Assembly (NCBI GenBank): GCA_963798085.1
Contig: CAWCRS010000003.1
Coordinates: forward strand, 800,001 to 864,000
Length of the DNA: 64,000 nucleotides
Direction of reading: 5' to 3'
Origin: an uncultured Gemmatimonadales bacterium
GTDB taxonomy: Bacteria > Gemmatimonadota > Gemmatimonadetes > Longimicrobiales > RSA9
Part shown: piece after piece, positions 20,629 through 33,008 of the stretch
Position numbering within the stretch: the stretch's first letter is position 1
How the letters are laid out: the number at the start of each line of letters is the position of its first letter
Notes under the pieces: generated by a model
Seen by the model: only the letters and a program-made list of their open reading frames with translations
Told to the model about the DNA's origin: nothing
Database searches by the model: none
Translations under genes and position numbers: made by a program

Positions 20629-21825
20629 CCTCGGCCGGCGCCGACTTGCCGTTGCGCGAACGCACGCGCAGCAGCTGCTCGCTCAGCTGACGCACCGAGC
20701 GCGCGTACTTCGACTTGCTGCGCAGCACCGCGGGGCGGCCGGTGTTGACGCTGTCGGTGACGACGTCGCTCTCCTCCGCCAGGGTGGAGAACACGTCGTG
20801 GCCCAGCGTCTTCTTCACATCACCGCTCGTGATCACATCCGTCGAGCGCCGGCGGTTGATAACAACGTGTATGCGGCGCGCGTCGTGAGCCACGGCCTGC
20901 AGCGTGGCCAGTGCCCGCTTCGTGTTGTTGAGCGAGGCCACGTCGGGCGTGGTCAGCACCAGGATTGTGTCCGCCGATTCCAGCGCCGCCAGCGTCACGG
21001 CGGAAAGCGCGTGGTCCAGGTCCACTACCACGCAGTCGTAGTGACGGCGCAGCGTCTGCAGCAGCGAGCGCGTGTTCTCGCGCGACAATGCATTGGCCGG
21101 CGACATCTGCGCGGGCGCGGCCAGCACGTGCACGCCACTCGCGTGATGCTCCGCGTAGGAAGCGAGCAGATCGCGGTCCAGCCGGTGCAGATTCTTCACC
21201 ACGTCGAGCACGCTGTAGCGCGGCCGCAGCCCGAGCAGGACCGCGGTGCTGCCCATGTCCAGATCGAGGTCGACGAGCGCGGTCGGTTTCTGCGTTTCCT
21301 CGCTGATGGCGATCGCCAGATTCGTCGCCGCCGTGGTCACACCCACGCCACCCTTGGCGCCGTAGACGGCCAGGATGTGCCCGGGCTGCGCCGTATCCCG
21401 GCCCTCGGCGCCCGCCAGCCGGCGGGTGGCGCGGGTCAGCGCGGCGGCCAGATCGGCATCCTCGATGGGTCGCGTGAGATACTCGGACGCACCCACGCGC
21501 ATCGCTTCCAGCAGCACTTCCGGCGCCACGATGGGTCCGGTCACGACGAAGGTGCGCGCCGGATGATCCTCCGCGAGGAAACGCGCCAGGCGCAGGCCGG
21601 CGGCTGGATCATCGCCCAGATCCAGCAGGATCACCTGCGCCGCGGAATCGCGGATCTGCTGCGCCCCCGCCTTGTCGATGTCCGCAATGGGTGTGGTGTA
21701 CTGCGCAACCAGGCCGACGCCGCGCTGCCGGTCGCTCATCAGCCGGGCGGCCTTCGCGACCAGCAGCCGGTCCGAAGAAATCACCGCGCAGTCCAGCAGT
21801 CTGTCCGCCATTTGCGCAGACGTCC

Positions 21826-23007
21826 CTACTGCACCAGCTGCAGTACGCGCACCAGTGAGCCCGGCGCACCGCTGGCGCCGGCGGCGGAAACACCCGACGC
21901 GTAGTAGAGGAAACGGCCGGCCACGTACACGTCGGACCCCTGCGTGACCGTGCCTTCAATGAAGAGCAGACCGAAATTGTTGAGCTGCACCGTGTACACG
22001 CCATCCTGCACGTGCGCCGTCTGCCGCGGATCGTAGAGCGCAATGATGCGCACGCGCGGGCTGGACAGCCAGCCGGAACCGAACGTCGAATTCACAACAG
22101 TGTTAGTGGACGCATCCCAGCGGGCATTGGGATCCGCCTGCAGCAGCGACCGGACACCCTCCCGCGTCGCCGTGGCCAGATTGCCCAGCTCGATGGGCAC
22201 GTCGCGGTACATGGTCACCGGATCCGGATCACAGCCGGCCACGGCGTTCATGTAATCCGTGGCGCCCCGATTGCCGCCAATGCGCAGCGGAAAGAAGAAG
22301 TCGTCGGTGATCGGTGTCGTCACATCCTGCACCTTGAGCAGCAGCGGCATGCCGTAGTCGTTGACGTAGCCCTGCCCGTTGCCGTTGCGGAAGCTGCTGC
22401 CCAGCCCTGTCTGCGGCGCGATGCTGCCACCGCCATTGAAACGGCCGTAGAAGTCATTGGGATCGTCGCCCATCACCCAGCGCTCGCTCGGATCCCAGTA
22501 GTGATTCGTGTTGTTGTCGCTGTTGGCATCGTTCCACAAGTCCGGAACGGCGAACGGCAGCACGCAGCGCGCCGCCCACGCCGGCATGGCTGCCGCCGAA
22601 GCCAGCGCATTCACCTTCGCCGTGCTGCGGCCGAACAGACGCGCGAACCACAAGCCGATTTCGCCTCGCTCGATGCGCACCGACACCCGCTCCGCCGCCG
22701 GGTCGACATACACCTGCACTTCCGACGAGTCGATCATGCGGTTGCGGATGGCGTTGCGCGTGGCGAAATCGATGGCCGCGTCGTAGGCCAGCTCGCCGTG
22801 CGCCGTGCCCGGCGGCCCGTGCAGGAATTCCTGCGCACCCGCCAGCGCCGCGGCGTCCGCCGCACGCTGCGTTTCCGTCCTTGCCGTGCGCAGCATGCCC
22901 AGGTCGATGGCCAGTGCCAGCACGGACATGAGACTGGCCGCGGCTATCGCCATGATGGCCAGCGCCTGGCCCCGCTCATCCCGGCAAAGCGCGCGCGCGA
23001 ATCTCAC
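21826..23007 (-). CDS. tadG: TadG-family pilus assembly protein
   Basis: DERGQ pilin-like cleavage site, [17 protein letters not shown]-terminal LV. Confidence 0.85.
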   Translation of the reverse strand: MRFARALCRDERGQALAIMAIAAASLMSVLALAIDLGMLRTARTETQRAADAAALAGAQEFLHGPPGTAHGELAYDAAIDFATRNAIRNRMIDSSEVQVYVDPAAERVSVRIERGEIGLWFARLFGRSTAKVNALASAAAMPAWAARCVLPFAVPDLWNDANSDNNTNHYWDPSERWVMGDDPNDFYGRFNGGGSIAPQTGLGSSFRNGNGQGYVNDYGMPLLLKVQDVTTPITDDFFFPLRIGGNRGATDYMNAVAGCDPDPVTMYRDVPIELGNLATATREGVRSLLQADPNARWDASTNTVVNSTFGSGWLSSPRVRIIALYDPRQTAHVQDGVYTVQLNNFGLLFIEGTVTQGSDVYVAGRFLYYASGVSAAGASGAPGSLVRVLQLVQ

Positions 23008-24323
23008 CCGCCGCCGCCCCGGCCCGCGCGCGTCGTGTCAATGCGCAGCGATCGATTCCACTTCCACGTGCCCGGCTCGCCCGTCGGCAGCGGTATCGGC
23101 GAGTCCGACGGCTGCACCAGCTGCGGCGTCACGATCACCAGCAGCTCCGTCCTCGCCTGCGTATTCGATTTGTTCCGGAATAGCGCGCCGACGATCGGGA
23201 TATCACCCAGAATCGGTATCTTGTCGACATTGCTCGTGATCGCATTGTCCAGCAGGCCCGCAATCGCCAGGTGCTGCCCCGGCCGCAGCTCCACTTCACT
23301 CTTCGCGCGACGCGTCAGCAGACTCGGGATCTGGAAGCCCGACAGGGTCAGCCCGTTCGCAAAGTCCAGCGACGAAACTTCCGGCTCGACCGAAAGCCGG
23401 ATCGTGCCGTTCGTGTTCACGACGGGTGTGAACTTGAGACGCACGCCGAATTCCTTGAACTGGATGCTCACGGCGCCCACGTTCGAGCCCTGTTGCACAA
23501 TGGGGTACGGGAACTCGCCGCCCGCGAGGAACGAGGCTTCCTTGCCGTCCACCGTGAGCAGGTTGGGCTCGGCCAGGCTGCGGAACTCGCCTTTCGACTT
23601 GAGCGCCGTGATGATGGCGTCCAGCTCCGCATCCCTGCCGATCAGGAAGAGGCGGACAATGCCATCGGACAGCGTCTCGATGTTGGCGGTGGAGCCGTTG
23701 CCGAACACCTGATCCAGCTGCTGCGCGTTGTTGGCGAACAGGTCGGCGGCCAGTTTGCTGCCCACGGTGCGACGCACTTCCGCGAAGCGTACCTGCAGCA
23801 GCACCTGCTGCGGCGAGGGCGCCTGCAGGTTGTCGATGACCTTCGCCCCCGTCTGCGTGGCAAGGTCCACCGCCCGCCTGGCAATTGCCGGATCGCGCAC
23901 TGTGCCTGACAGAATCACCGCTTCACCACTCGTCGTGACCGTGATCTCCACGCCGGGAAAGACCGTCCTCAGTTCACGCTGCAGGGCCGTTGCATCCGCC
24001 GTCACCTCCACGTTGTAAAGGTGTGGCGAATTTGCAGGGTCCCAGATTATCAGCGTAGTCGATCCGACTTTCAGGCCATTGATCAGCCACTCACGCGGCG
24101 TGTCCGTGTTGGTGATGCTGATCACGGTCGTGTCTCCCGCCGACATCTTGGGCGGTGTGTAGTCGAGCAGTAGCACCGACGTCTTGCCGCGCTCGACCTG
24201 GATCGTTTGCTCCGCCTGGCTCACCACGCGCTGCGCGAGCGCCAGGCGAGGCACAGCCAGCGCCAGCGCCGCCACCAGGACACCGTACCCGGCGCCGTGC
24301 CATGTCCGCTGCGCGCCAGCCAC
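23004..24323 (-). CDS. cpaC: Tad secretin CpaC/RcpA
   Basis: N-terminal Ig domain, BON-like domain, QVLLQVRFAEV, LAEPNL, ASFLAGGEFP, KIPILGDIPI.GALFR, TELL.IVTP. Confidence 0.95.
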   Translation of the reverse strand: MAGAQRTWHGAGYGVLVAALALAVPRLALAQRVVSQAEQTIQVERGKTSVLLLDYTPPKMSAGDTTVISITNTDTPREWLINGLKVGSTTLIIWDPANSPHLYNVEVTADATALQRELRTVFPGVEITVTTSGEAVILSGTVRDPAIARRAVDLATQTGAKVIDNLQAPSPQQVLLQVRFAEVRRTVGSKLAADLFANNAQQLDQVFGNGSTANIETLSDGIVRLFLIGRDAELDAIITALKSKGEFRSLAEPNLLTVDGKEASFLAGGEFPYPIVQQGSNVGAVSIQFKEFGVRLKFTPVVNTNGTIRLSVEPEVSSLDFANGLTLSGFQIPSLLTRRAKSEVELRPGQHLAIAGLLDNAITSNVDKIPILGDIPIVGALFRNKSNTQARTELLVIVTPQLVQPSDSPIPLPTGEPGTWKWNRSLRIDTTRAGRGGGG

Positions 24324-24324
24324 G

Positions 24325-25161
24325 CTAGAAGACGATCACGGCGCGCGACGCGCCCTTGTACAGTTCCACCGAGGTCTTGCTCTGCTCTGTCTTCGGCACC
24401 GGCAGCGGCCGGCGGGTACGCGCCGCGCTCGGTGTGCTCGCCGCTTCCGTTTCGAACAGTCGACTCATGCGTGCACCCGAAGTCGGGACCTCCTGCACAT
24501 CGATCATGTTGCGCAGCGCCAGCTGGATCGTACCGCGCGTCATGGCCAGAGTAAGCCGCTCGGCGTCCTCGGGCGAGACCAGCAGCGTGGCCAGCGTGAC
24601 ATTGGCAGGCCGGCCCTGCGGATCGCGCTCGGGCTGCTGATTGCGCGCGGCCACTTCGACGTTCTGCAGCAGGATGCGACTCACCGGATCCGCCTGCGTG
24701 CCCGTCGGCGTCATGGTCAGGATGACATCGACGCGTGTGCCCCGGTCGATGAAACCGCCCACACCCACCACATCATCAACGCGTACGGTCACCGCGCGCA
24801 TGCCCGGCGTAATGGCGATGGGCAGTCCGCCCTGTCCAGTGCGATCCGAAAGGCGGCTGTCGAGCAGCGGCTCGTTCAGACGCACAGACTGCGTGACGCC
24901 GCGACCCACCACTTCGTTGACCGTGCGTGCGTAGCCTTCCGGCGCGGCACTGCCCGGCCATGGCAGCGCTTTCACATCGCCCGGTCCCAGGATCGTGCCC
25001 ACCGGCAGATCCCTCGCCGCCACCACCACCTCGAGCACGGACCCGGGATCCGATGCCTCCAGTATGGGCGTCTGATGCCGCAGCGCCTGCACTCCCGCCC
25101 ACGCCGCGGTACCGCCCGCTGCAGAAGCCAGCGCGATGAGGATGAACGTGCGTGTGCGCAT
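24325..25161 (-). CDS. cpaB: Flp pilus assembly protein CpaB/RcpC
   Basis: SAF domain VVVAARDLP.G, PGMRAVTVRVDDV.GVGGFI..G.RVDVI, G.IQLALRN. Confidence 0.95.
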   Translation of the reverse strand: MRTRTFILIALASAAGGTAAWAGVQALRHQTPILEASDPGSVLEVVVAARDLPVGTILGPGDVKALPWPGSAAPEGYARTVNEVVGRGVTQSVRLNEPLLDSRLSDRTGQGGLPIAITPGMRAVTVRVDDVVGVGGFIDRGTRVDVILTMTPTGTQADPVSRILLQNVEVAARNQQPERDPQGRPANVTLATLLVSPEDAERLTLAMTRGTIQLALRNMIDVQEVPTSGARMSRLFETEAASTPSAARTRRPLPVPKTEQSKTSVELYKGASRAVIVF

Positions 25162-25175
25162 CGCTCGCGTCCTCG

Positions 25176-25598
25176 CTATTCGTTGCGAAAGACCACGCTC
25201 GTGGTCATCTGGAACAATGCCTGTGCGCCGGTCCAGCCCACGAGCCCCTGGATCCAGCGCAGCTGATAAGGATATGCGATCGACACCGTGGCCGGCGTTC
25301 CCGTGCCTGCGTGAAAACCGCTGATCGTCTTGACCGCCTTTGCCGTGTCGATGCCGGCGCGGTTGAGATTGTCATTGATGCGGGCGACGACGCTGTCCAC
25401 CGTGATCGAGCTGTTGGCCACCACTGCGGTGCGTCCGCCCTCCCGCACGGCATCGGACAGCGTCTGGTACACGTTCCACGCGCGGCCGAACTCGTAGACG
25501 CCCAGCAGCAGCAGCAGCAACAACGGCGTGATGAGCGCGAACTCGACCAGCGCCTGTCCGCCATCGGCGTGCGCGCGCAGCCGCAGCACGCTCACCAT
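25176..25598 (-). CDS. tadE: TadE-family pseudopilin
   Basis: GQALVEFALI.PLLLLLLLG..EFGR, AVREGGR. Confidence 0.92.
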   Translation of the reverse strand: MVSVLRLRAHADGGQALVEFALITPLLLLLLLGVYEFGRAWNVYQTLSDAVREGGRTAVVANSSITVDSVVARINDNLNRAGIDTAKAVKTISGFHAGTGTPATVSIAYPYQLRWIQGLVGWTGAQALFQMTTSVVFRNE

Positions 25599-26107
25599 GG
25601 CATCCTGCCCAGCACGAAGAACCACGTGTAGATCGAGCCCGCGGCGATGGCGGCACCATACGGCACCGTCACGGCCCCCGGTGTGTTCACCGTTACCCGC
25701 CCGGCAGCGCGCGCGTTGCGTGTTTTCTCACCGCGCAGGCGACGACGCACCAGCACCAGAACACCGAGTACGCCTCCCGCGATCGCGGACGCCGCCAGCG
25801 CGTAGAGCAGTCCCTTCGGGCCGGTGAAACCGCCCACCGCAGCCAGCAGCTTCGCATCGCCGCCACCCAGCGCGCCCAGTGCGAAGAGTGGCACCGTCGC
25901 AGCCAGCGCGATACCGGCGCCCGCCAAGCCGCCCAGCAGCGGCGACACGCCCGCGATACCGCGCAGGATCAGGGCTGCAACGAGACCTGCCAGCACGAGT
26001 GCGTTCGGGATGCGACGTCGTGTCACATCCCAGAACAGAGCCGTTAGCAGCAGTGCAACGAAGAGGAGGGTAGCAAATTCTGTCACGACTACTCCGACCG
26101 ACCGCAC
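25592..26107 (-). CDS. cpaA: A24 prepilin peptidase CpaA/TadV
   Basis: D...RRIPN, LGGGDAKL.AA.G, VPYG.AI. Confidence 0.92.
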   Translation of the reverse strand: MRSVGVVVTEFATLLFVALLLTALFWDVTRRRIPNALVLAGLVAALILRGIAGVSPLLGGLAGAGIALAATVPLFALGALGGGDAKLLAAVGGFTGPKGLLYALAASAIAGGVLGVLVLVRRRLRGEKTRNARAAGRVTVNTPGAVTVPYGAAIAAGSIYTWFFVLGRMPW

Positions 26108-26162
26108 TACGTTCGGTGGCGGCGATGCAGCGTGCTCACCGCCCAGCGCCCCGACTGGCGCC

Positions 26163-26381
26163 TCAGCTGCCGGATCCCGAACCTGGCTGATACTGTGGGC
26201 TCGGCGCGTTCTGCAGCTGCGAATTGATGTTGTCGAAAGTCTGCCCGATCTGATTCCGGAACACGGTCAGCGCCAGCACCAGCCCGATGGCGACCAGTGC
26301 GATGATGAGAACGTATTCGACCAGGCCCTGGCCGCTTTCGTCCTTCAGCAGACGCTGCAACACTGAGTACAGCCTGGACAT
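26163..26381 (-). CDS. flp: Flp/Fap pilin, 72 aa, with Pro/Ser/Gly-rich C-terminal tail
   Basis: DESG|QGLVEYVLIIALVAI Flp motif; GGAGG RBS upstream of ATG 26381. Confidence 0.95.
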   Translation of the reverse strand: MSRLYSVLQRLLKDESGQGLVEYVLIIALVAIGLVLALTVFRNQIGQTFDNINSQLQNAPSPQYQPGSGSGS

Positions 26382-26515
26382 TCTTACCTCCAGCGCACCG
26401 GACTCGCCGGCGCATTCGCGTGGTTTCGGCGGAGTGCTTCCTGTCAGTCCGCCTACCTGCCGCAACAGGCTACTGCCACGAACGGCTTGCCCCCGCAGGC
26501 AACCTCCCTTTCAGC

Positions 26516-26530
26516 ACAAGCCCCGTACCA
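26516..26530 (-). promoter_or_regulatory. Candidate sigma-54 -24/-12 promoter for flp
   Basis: Minus strand TGGTACG-GGGC-TTGT (consensus TGGCACG-N4-TTGC); a second similar site TGGTACG-AAGTG-TTGCA at 26614-26630 is 1 nt too long; bEBP gene immediately upstream. Confidence 0.5.
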
Positions 26531-26715
26531 GAACCACGTCCTCCATCACGTTACCGTAACAAACTAACTGACAACGATTTGCCGCGACAGCCCCGGTCCC
26601 CTCCCTTGCATTCTGCAACACTTCGTACCAGTCCCTCCCGTCAGGACATTACAGCCAAGGCCGCTTTACCGCACAAACGCGGCAGCCTCGCGGGACCTCT
26701 CCCCCACCCCGGCAC

Positions 26716-28041
<1,326 letters not shown>

Positions 28042-28069
28042 CTTCCCTGATTCTGTCTCGCGTTTCCCA

Positions 28070-29863
28070 TCATGCGCGGGGCGCGACCGGTCCCGGTGCA
28101 CTGCTGCCCGGGGACCCGCCGGCACCCGAGGCGGTGTCGTCGCCTGCACCCGGATTCCCTGTTTCCGGCGCAGCCGCCAGCGGCAGCGCCACGACGAATT
28201 CGGCGCCCACATCCATTTCCGAGCGCCGCTCGAGGTACAGCCGGCCGCCGTGCGCCTTCACCACCTGCAGCGCCGTGGGCAGCCCAATGCCCGAGCCGCT
28301 CGGCTTGGTTGTGAAGAACGGCTGGAAGATGGAGTCCCGGACGTCGGGCCGAATGCCCGGCCCGCTGTCCACGACATGCACCCGCACCTCACCAGCCTCG
28401 CCTTCTTCGCTCCGTTCCGTCCATACACGCAACGTGCCGCCATCCGGCATTACGTCCGCCGCATTCAGGAACAGGTTCACGAATACCCCGCGCAGCTGTT
28501 CCTCGTCCCCCAGGATGGGAGCGCGCAAACCGTTCTGGTGCTGGATGCGGATCCCGCTCTTCTCCAGGCGAGGGCGCATCAGGTCGAGCGAGTCGTCGAG
28601 CACGTCTTCCATCTGGCAGGGCCGCCGGCTGATGGGTTTCGGACGACCCGCTTCGAGCACGCTCTTCACCGCGTCGTCCAGCCTGCTGATCTCGCGCAGG
28701 CACAGATGCAGCACCTGCTCGAGGTCGGCGGGCACTTCACCCCGCCGCGTTTCCCGCTCCACGCTCTGCAGGTTGAGGCGGATGGAGGAGAGTGGATTCC
28801 GGATCTCGTGCGACAGCTGCGCCGCGACTTCACCCACCACGGACATCTGGCGCGCGATCTCGTTCTGCCGGATCGTGGTCTTGAGCCGGGCCAGCATGAC
28901 GGCGAGCGCCTCGGACAGCTTGCCGACCTCGTCCTGGCCGGGCGGCGGCAGCCACGGCATCAGCTCACCCTCGCCAATGCGATCCGCCGCGAGCGCCAGG
29001 TCCTCGAGCGAGCTCATGTAGTACCTCGCCAGCAGCAGAAACGCGCCACCCACCAGCGCCACGACGGCGAACATCATGAGCAGGTTGAGCAGCTGCATGC
29101 GGGCGTACGGGCTGGTGAACTCGTCGATATCGGCCGCGGACACCACGGTCCAGGGCAGTACGCTCAGACTGGCGAAGCCACCGGTCCGCTGGTCGCCACC
29201 ATCGAATACCGGGAGCAGCCCGTGCTCCGAGTCCAGCGTCTTCCAGTCCAGCACCATCGGCCCCGACGGACTGGCATCGGGTGTACCTGCTTCGGCACGG
29301 CAGCGCGCGTCGTAAAGCACCGCACGACGCTGCCGGTCGAGCACGACGGTCTGCCCGCCATGCCCGAAGCGCACGTTCAGGGTCTGCTCCGGCAACAGTG
29401 AGCGTGCCGGCACCCAGCCCACGATCTCGCCACCACCGCTCCGTCCCTCGCGCAGACGCACGTGAATCTCCACGAGGCTGTCGGCGCCCGGCTCGCATGG
29501 ATGGCTGTCGACTTCCGGGGGATTCGTCGCGACGAACAGCGGTATGCTGTGGCCCGTGCCGCTCCGGTACTCGACCCGTGCGAAGTCGCTGCCCAGCACA
29601 CGCCACGATTCCGCACCCGGCACCGGCTCGCCCGAGCCGGAAGCACCGGGCGTGGCCGGCGTCAGGGGTCGCAGCAGCGAGGACTGCAGCGTACCGTAGC
29701 GATTGAGAATGGCGCTGGCGGCATTCTGGCTCGCCGCCTCCAGCTTCGCCTGCACCAGCGTGCCCAGCGAATGAAGCGACTGCGCGTAGTTGCCCGCACC
29801 CACGACCATGGTGATGAGCGCGAGGAACACGTACAGCGCGAGGATCTTGAAGCGCAGCGACAT
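28070..29863 (-). CDS. Membrane sensor histidine kinase (periplasmic sensor, HAMP, HisKA, HATPase)
   Basis: Two TM helices, DEVG.L HAMP motif, SHEIRNPL, NLFLNA, DSGPGI, FQPFFTTK..GSGIGL. Confidence 0.94.
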   Translation of the reverse strand: MSLRFKILALYVFLALITMVVGAGNYAQSLHSLGTLVQAKLEAASQNAASAILNRYGTLQSSLLRPLTPATPGASGSGEPVPGAESWRVLGSDFARVEYRSGTGHSIPLFVATNPPEVDSHPCEPGADSLVEIHVRLREGRSGGGEIVGWVPARSLLPEQTLNVRFGHGGQTVVLDRQRRAVLYDARCRAEAGTPDASPSGPMVLDWKTLDSEHGLLPVFDGGDQRTGGFASLSVLPWTVVSAADIDEFTSPYARMQLLNLLMMFAVVALVGGAFLLLARYYMSSLEDLALAADRIGEGELMPWLPPPGQDEVGKLSEALAVMLARLKTTIRQNEIARQMSVVGEVAAQLSHEIRNPLSSIRLNLQSVERETRRGEVPADLEQVLHLCLREISRLDDAVKSVLEAGRPKPISRRPCQMEDVLDDSLDLMRPRLEKSGIRIQHQNGLRAPILGDEEQLRGVFVNLFLNAADVMPDGGTLRVWTERSEEGEAGEVRVHVVDSGPGIRPDVRDSIFQPFFTTKPSGSGIGLPTALQVVKAHGGRLYLERRSEMDVGAEFVVALPLAAAPETGNPGAGDDTASGAGGSPGSSAPGPVAPRA

Positions 29864-30211
29864 CGGACCTCGGCCGGGCCGCATTCATCGCGACCCGGAT
29901 CCCGGCTGACGCAGGCACCCCGTGCCCTGCCGCCGTTGCTCTGGTTGCCCGGATGCTCCCCCCAGGAGCGGCGGATCGCTACGTCGCGACCCGTTCGGCA
30001 GAGCGAGGAAGGCGGCTACGCGGGGATCGATCGTTCACGCGATCGCCCGCTCCGGTATCGACAGATCGCCGCGCGCATGACGATTCCGTCGAAGGCGGAG
30101 GCGCCGCTCCCAGGACTCGCTCTTCCTCGCCCCGGTGACGCCCCGGAAAGGTAGTCTGGATTACGTTGCGTGCCAACTGCGGCCGGGACGGCTTTGCGGG
30201 CATATGGCGGG

Positions 30212-30356
30212 TCGGACCGTCTTGGCATTCTTGGGTTGTGGCGCCATCGCGCATTGACGCGGCTGGCGCAGCTATCGAGTGACCGCGTTTCCATGCGCGA
30301 ATGCATCGCGTCGATAGCAGGGGCGGCCGGAAGGAAAGAACGCCAAGACGGTCCGA
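30212..30356. repeat. ~143-bp inverted-repeat element, copy 2 (opposite orientation to copy 1)
   Basis: TCGGACCGTCTTGGCATTCTTGGGTTGTG...GGAAGGAAAGAACGCCAAGACGGTCCGA. Confidence 0.88.
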
Positions 30357-30366
30357 TTCCCCGCCA

Positions 30367-32664
30367 TCATGCTTCGTCCTTCTTCACCTCCGTCCCGAAG
30401 CCGATGCGGCGCGGGCCGCGCGGACTTTCGCGCTTGAGGGTGCGGGCCAGCTCGCTGTACTCCTTCTCCATCTCGGGCGTGACCGAAGCATGGGTCTCGT
30501 CCATCGACGACTCGAAGTAGCGCATGCTGACCTGCTCGATGTCGGGATTGTCGCGCAGGGCGTGGAGGCCGGCGCGTCGCACGAGGTCTTCGAGATCGGC
30601 GCCGGTGTAGCCGTGCGTGCGCCCGGCCAGCACGTGCAGGTCCACATCATCGGCCATGGGCATGCGCGCGGTGTGGATGTGGAGTATGCGCAGGCGACCT
30701 TCGAAATCGGGGACGGGCACGTAGATCAGCTCGTCGAAGCGGCCGGGTCGCAGGAGTGCCGGATCGATGAGGGCGGGGCGGTTGCTGGCCGCGATCACCA
30801 CCACGCCGCGCAGCTCTTCCAGCCCGTCCATTTCCGCTAACAGCGTGTTGACGACGCGCTCGGTCACCGCCGGCTCGCCCAGTCCGCCGCCGCGCTCGGG
30901 CGCGAGCGAATCGACTTCATCGAGGAAGATGACGGTGGGCGCCACCTGGCGGGCGCGCGCGAACAGGCGCGATACCTGCTTCTCGGATTCGCCGTACCAC
31001 TTGGAGAGCAGGTCGGACGACTTGGTGGCGATGAAGTTGGCCTCCGCCTCGTGCGCCACGGCGCGGGCCAGCAGCGTCTTGCCCGTGCCGGGGGGCCCGA
31101 ACAGCAGGAAACCGCGCGCGGGCCGGATACCCAGACGTTCGAATGCCTGGGGCTGGCGCATGGGCAGCTCGACGCCCTCGCGCAGCCGGAGCTTCGCATC
31201 GTCGAGTCCACCAATGTCCTCCCACGTGACGCGCGGTGCTTCGATCATGATCTCGCGCAGCGCGGAAGGCTGGACGCGACGCAGCGCATTGGCGAAGTCG
31301 TCGCGTGTCACCCGCAGGGAGGACAGCACATCGGGCGGGATCTCGCCGCCGGCATCGAGGTCGGGAAGGTTGCGCCGCAGCGTCTCCATGGCCGCCTCGC
31401 GCACGAGCGCGCCCAGGTCCGCGCCCACGAAGCCGTACGTGGTGCTGGCCATGTCATCGAGGTCGACATCGTTGTCCAGCGGCATGCCGCGCGTGTGGAT
31501 GCCGATGATCTCGCGCCGACCCGCGCCATCGGGCACGCCGGCGACGATCTCGCGGTCGAAGCGGCCCGGCCGGCGGAGCGCCTCATCCAGTGCGTCGAGC
31601 CGATTGGTGGCGCCGATCACGACGACGTTCTGGCGCGGCTCGAGGCCGTCCATGAGCGTGAGCATCTGCGCCACCACCCGCCGCTCCACTTCGCCCACCA
31701 CCGTCTCGCGCTTGGGTGCGATCGAGTCGATCTCGTCGATGAACACGATGGACGGCGCGCGCTGCTGCGCCTGCTGGAAGATCTCGCGCAGCCGCTGCTC
31801 CGATTCGCCGTAGAAGCGCCCCATGATCTCGGGACCGGCAATGTGGAAGAAGGCGGCATCGGCCTCGTTGGCGACGGCGCGTGCCAGCAGCGTCTTCCCC
31901 GTGCCGGGCGGCCCGTACAGCAGCACGCCTTTCGGCGGGTCGATGCCCAGCTGCTGAAAAAGCTCGGGGTGTTTGAGCGGCAGCTCGATCAGTTCACGCA
32001 CCTGGTGCAGCGTGGCGCCCAGCCCGCCCACGTCGTCGTATGTGACGTCGACGCGGCGCTGCTCTTCCAGCTCGACGTACTCCGCGTGCAGCTCGATCTC
32101 GGTGTCTTCCGCGATCTTCACAATGCCGCGTGGCGAGGTGGACACGACTGTGAGCCGGATCTCCTGCAGGCCGAACGCGGGCTGCTCGAAGAACATGCGG
32201 AAGATGTCGTCGGGGATGCTGCCGCTTTCCTCGGGCGAGCCGCGGCGGTAGATCGACGTCGAGATCACGTCGCCGGAAACGAGCGGCCGCTGCAGCAGAG
32301 TCTTGCGCAGCGTGTCGCCCGACCCGACCAGGCGCAGGTTGCGCTGCGCCGGGGCCAGCTGTACTCGCCGTGCCGGACGCGGGATGGCGCGGCGCGCCTC
32401 GAGATGGTCGCCAATGCTGACACCCGCGTTCGCACGCTGCAGTCCATCGAGCCGGACCACATCGAGGCCTTCGTCTTCCGCGTACGACGCCAGCGCCATG
32501 GCGGCGGTGAGCCGCTTGCCGCGGATCTCGACGACATCGCCTTCGTGCGCACCCACTGCGCCCAGCGCTTTCCGGCTCAGCCTCGCCGTGCCCGTGCCTA
32601 CGTCCTGCGGCTTGGCCCCGGCTACCTGCAGGCGAATCGCGTTCTGCCTCGACTCCGGCATCAT
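30367..32664 (-). CDS. CDC48/p97/VAT-family double-AAA ATPase
   Basis: Double-psi N domain, D1 [33 protein letters not shown]2 [32 protein letters not shown] linker. Confidence 0.96.
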   Translation of the reverse strand: MMPESRQNAIRLQVAGAKPQDVGTGTARLSRKALGAVGAHEGDVVEIRGKRLTAAMALASYAEDEGLDVVRLDGLQRANAGVSIGDHLEARRAIPRPARRVQLAPAQRNLRLVGSGDTLRKTLLQRPLVSGDVISTSIYRRGSPEESGSIPDDIFRMFFEQPAFGLQEIRLTVVSTSPRGIVKIAEDTEIELHAEYVELEEQRRVDVTYDDVGGLGATLHQVRELIELPLKHPELFQQLGIDPPKGVLLYGPPGTGKTLLARAVANEADAAFFHIAGPEIMGRFYGESEQRLREIFQQAQQRAPSIVFIDEIDSIAPKRETVVGEVERRVVAQMLTLMDGLEPRQNVVVIGATNRLDALDEALRRPGRFDREIVAGVPDGAGRREIIGIHTRGMPLDNDVDLDDMASTTYGFVGADLGALVREAAMETLRRNLPDLDAGGEIPPDVLSSLRVTRDDFANALRRVQPSALREIMIEAPRVTWEDIGGLDDAKLRLREGVELPMRQPQAFERLGIRPARGFLLFGPPGTGKTLLARAVAHEAEANFIATKSSDLLSKWYGESEKQVSRLFARARQVAPTVIFLDEVDSLAPERGGGLGEPAVTERVVNTLLAEMDGLEELRGVVVIAASNRPALIDPALLRPGRFDELIYVPVPDFEGRLRILHIHTARMPMADDVDLHVLAGRTHGYTGADLEDLVRRAGLHALRDNPDIEQVSMRYFESSMDETHASVTPEMEKEYSELARTLKRESPRGPRRIGFGTEVKKDEA

Positions 32665-33008
32665 GTGCACAGCCTCGTTCCTCTGCCCTGCCGTCAGACC
32701 GGCGACCGTTACTCAACCCCTACGGCGGCCGTGGTGCCTGGTGTCGGAATCGTACGTCGACAGGCGAGGTGAGGCTATGCCGGCGAGCCTGCGACGCAGC
32801 GTCGGATGAGGAAGTCGAATGCGCAGGGCGAGTGTGATGGGCGGGCAGTTTGGCGGGGCTGGGCCGCGCTGCCCGAATGCGCGGCGTCCGAGCATTGCGC
32901 TGGCTATCTCATGCGGTGCTCCGATGCCGACGTTGACACCCGCGCACCCGTACGCCGACGTGGCCGTCGCCCAGGCCGCCGCACACGCGGCGCGTGGCGT
33001 TGGTAACG

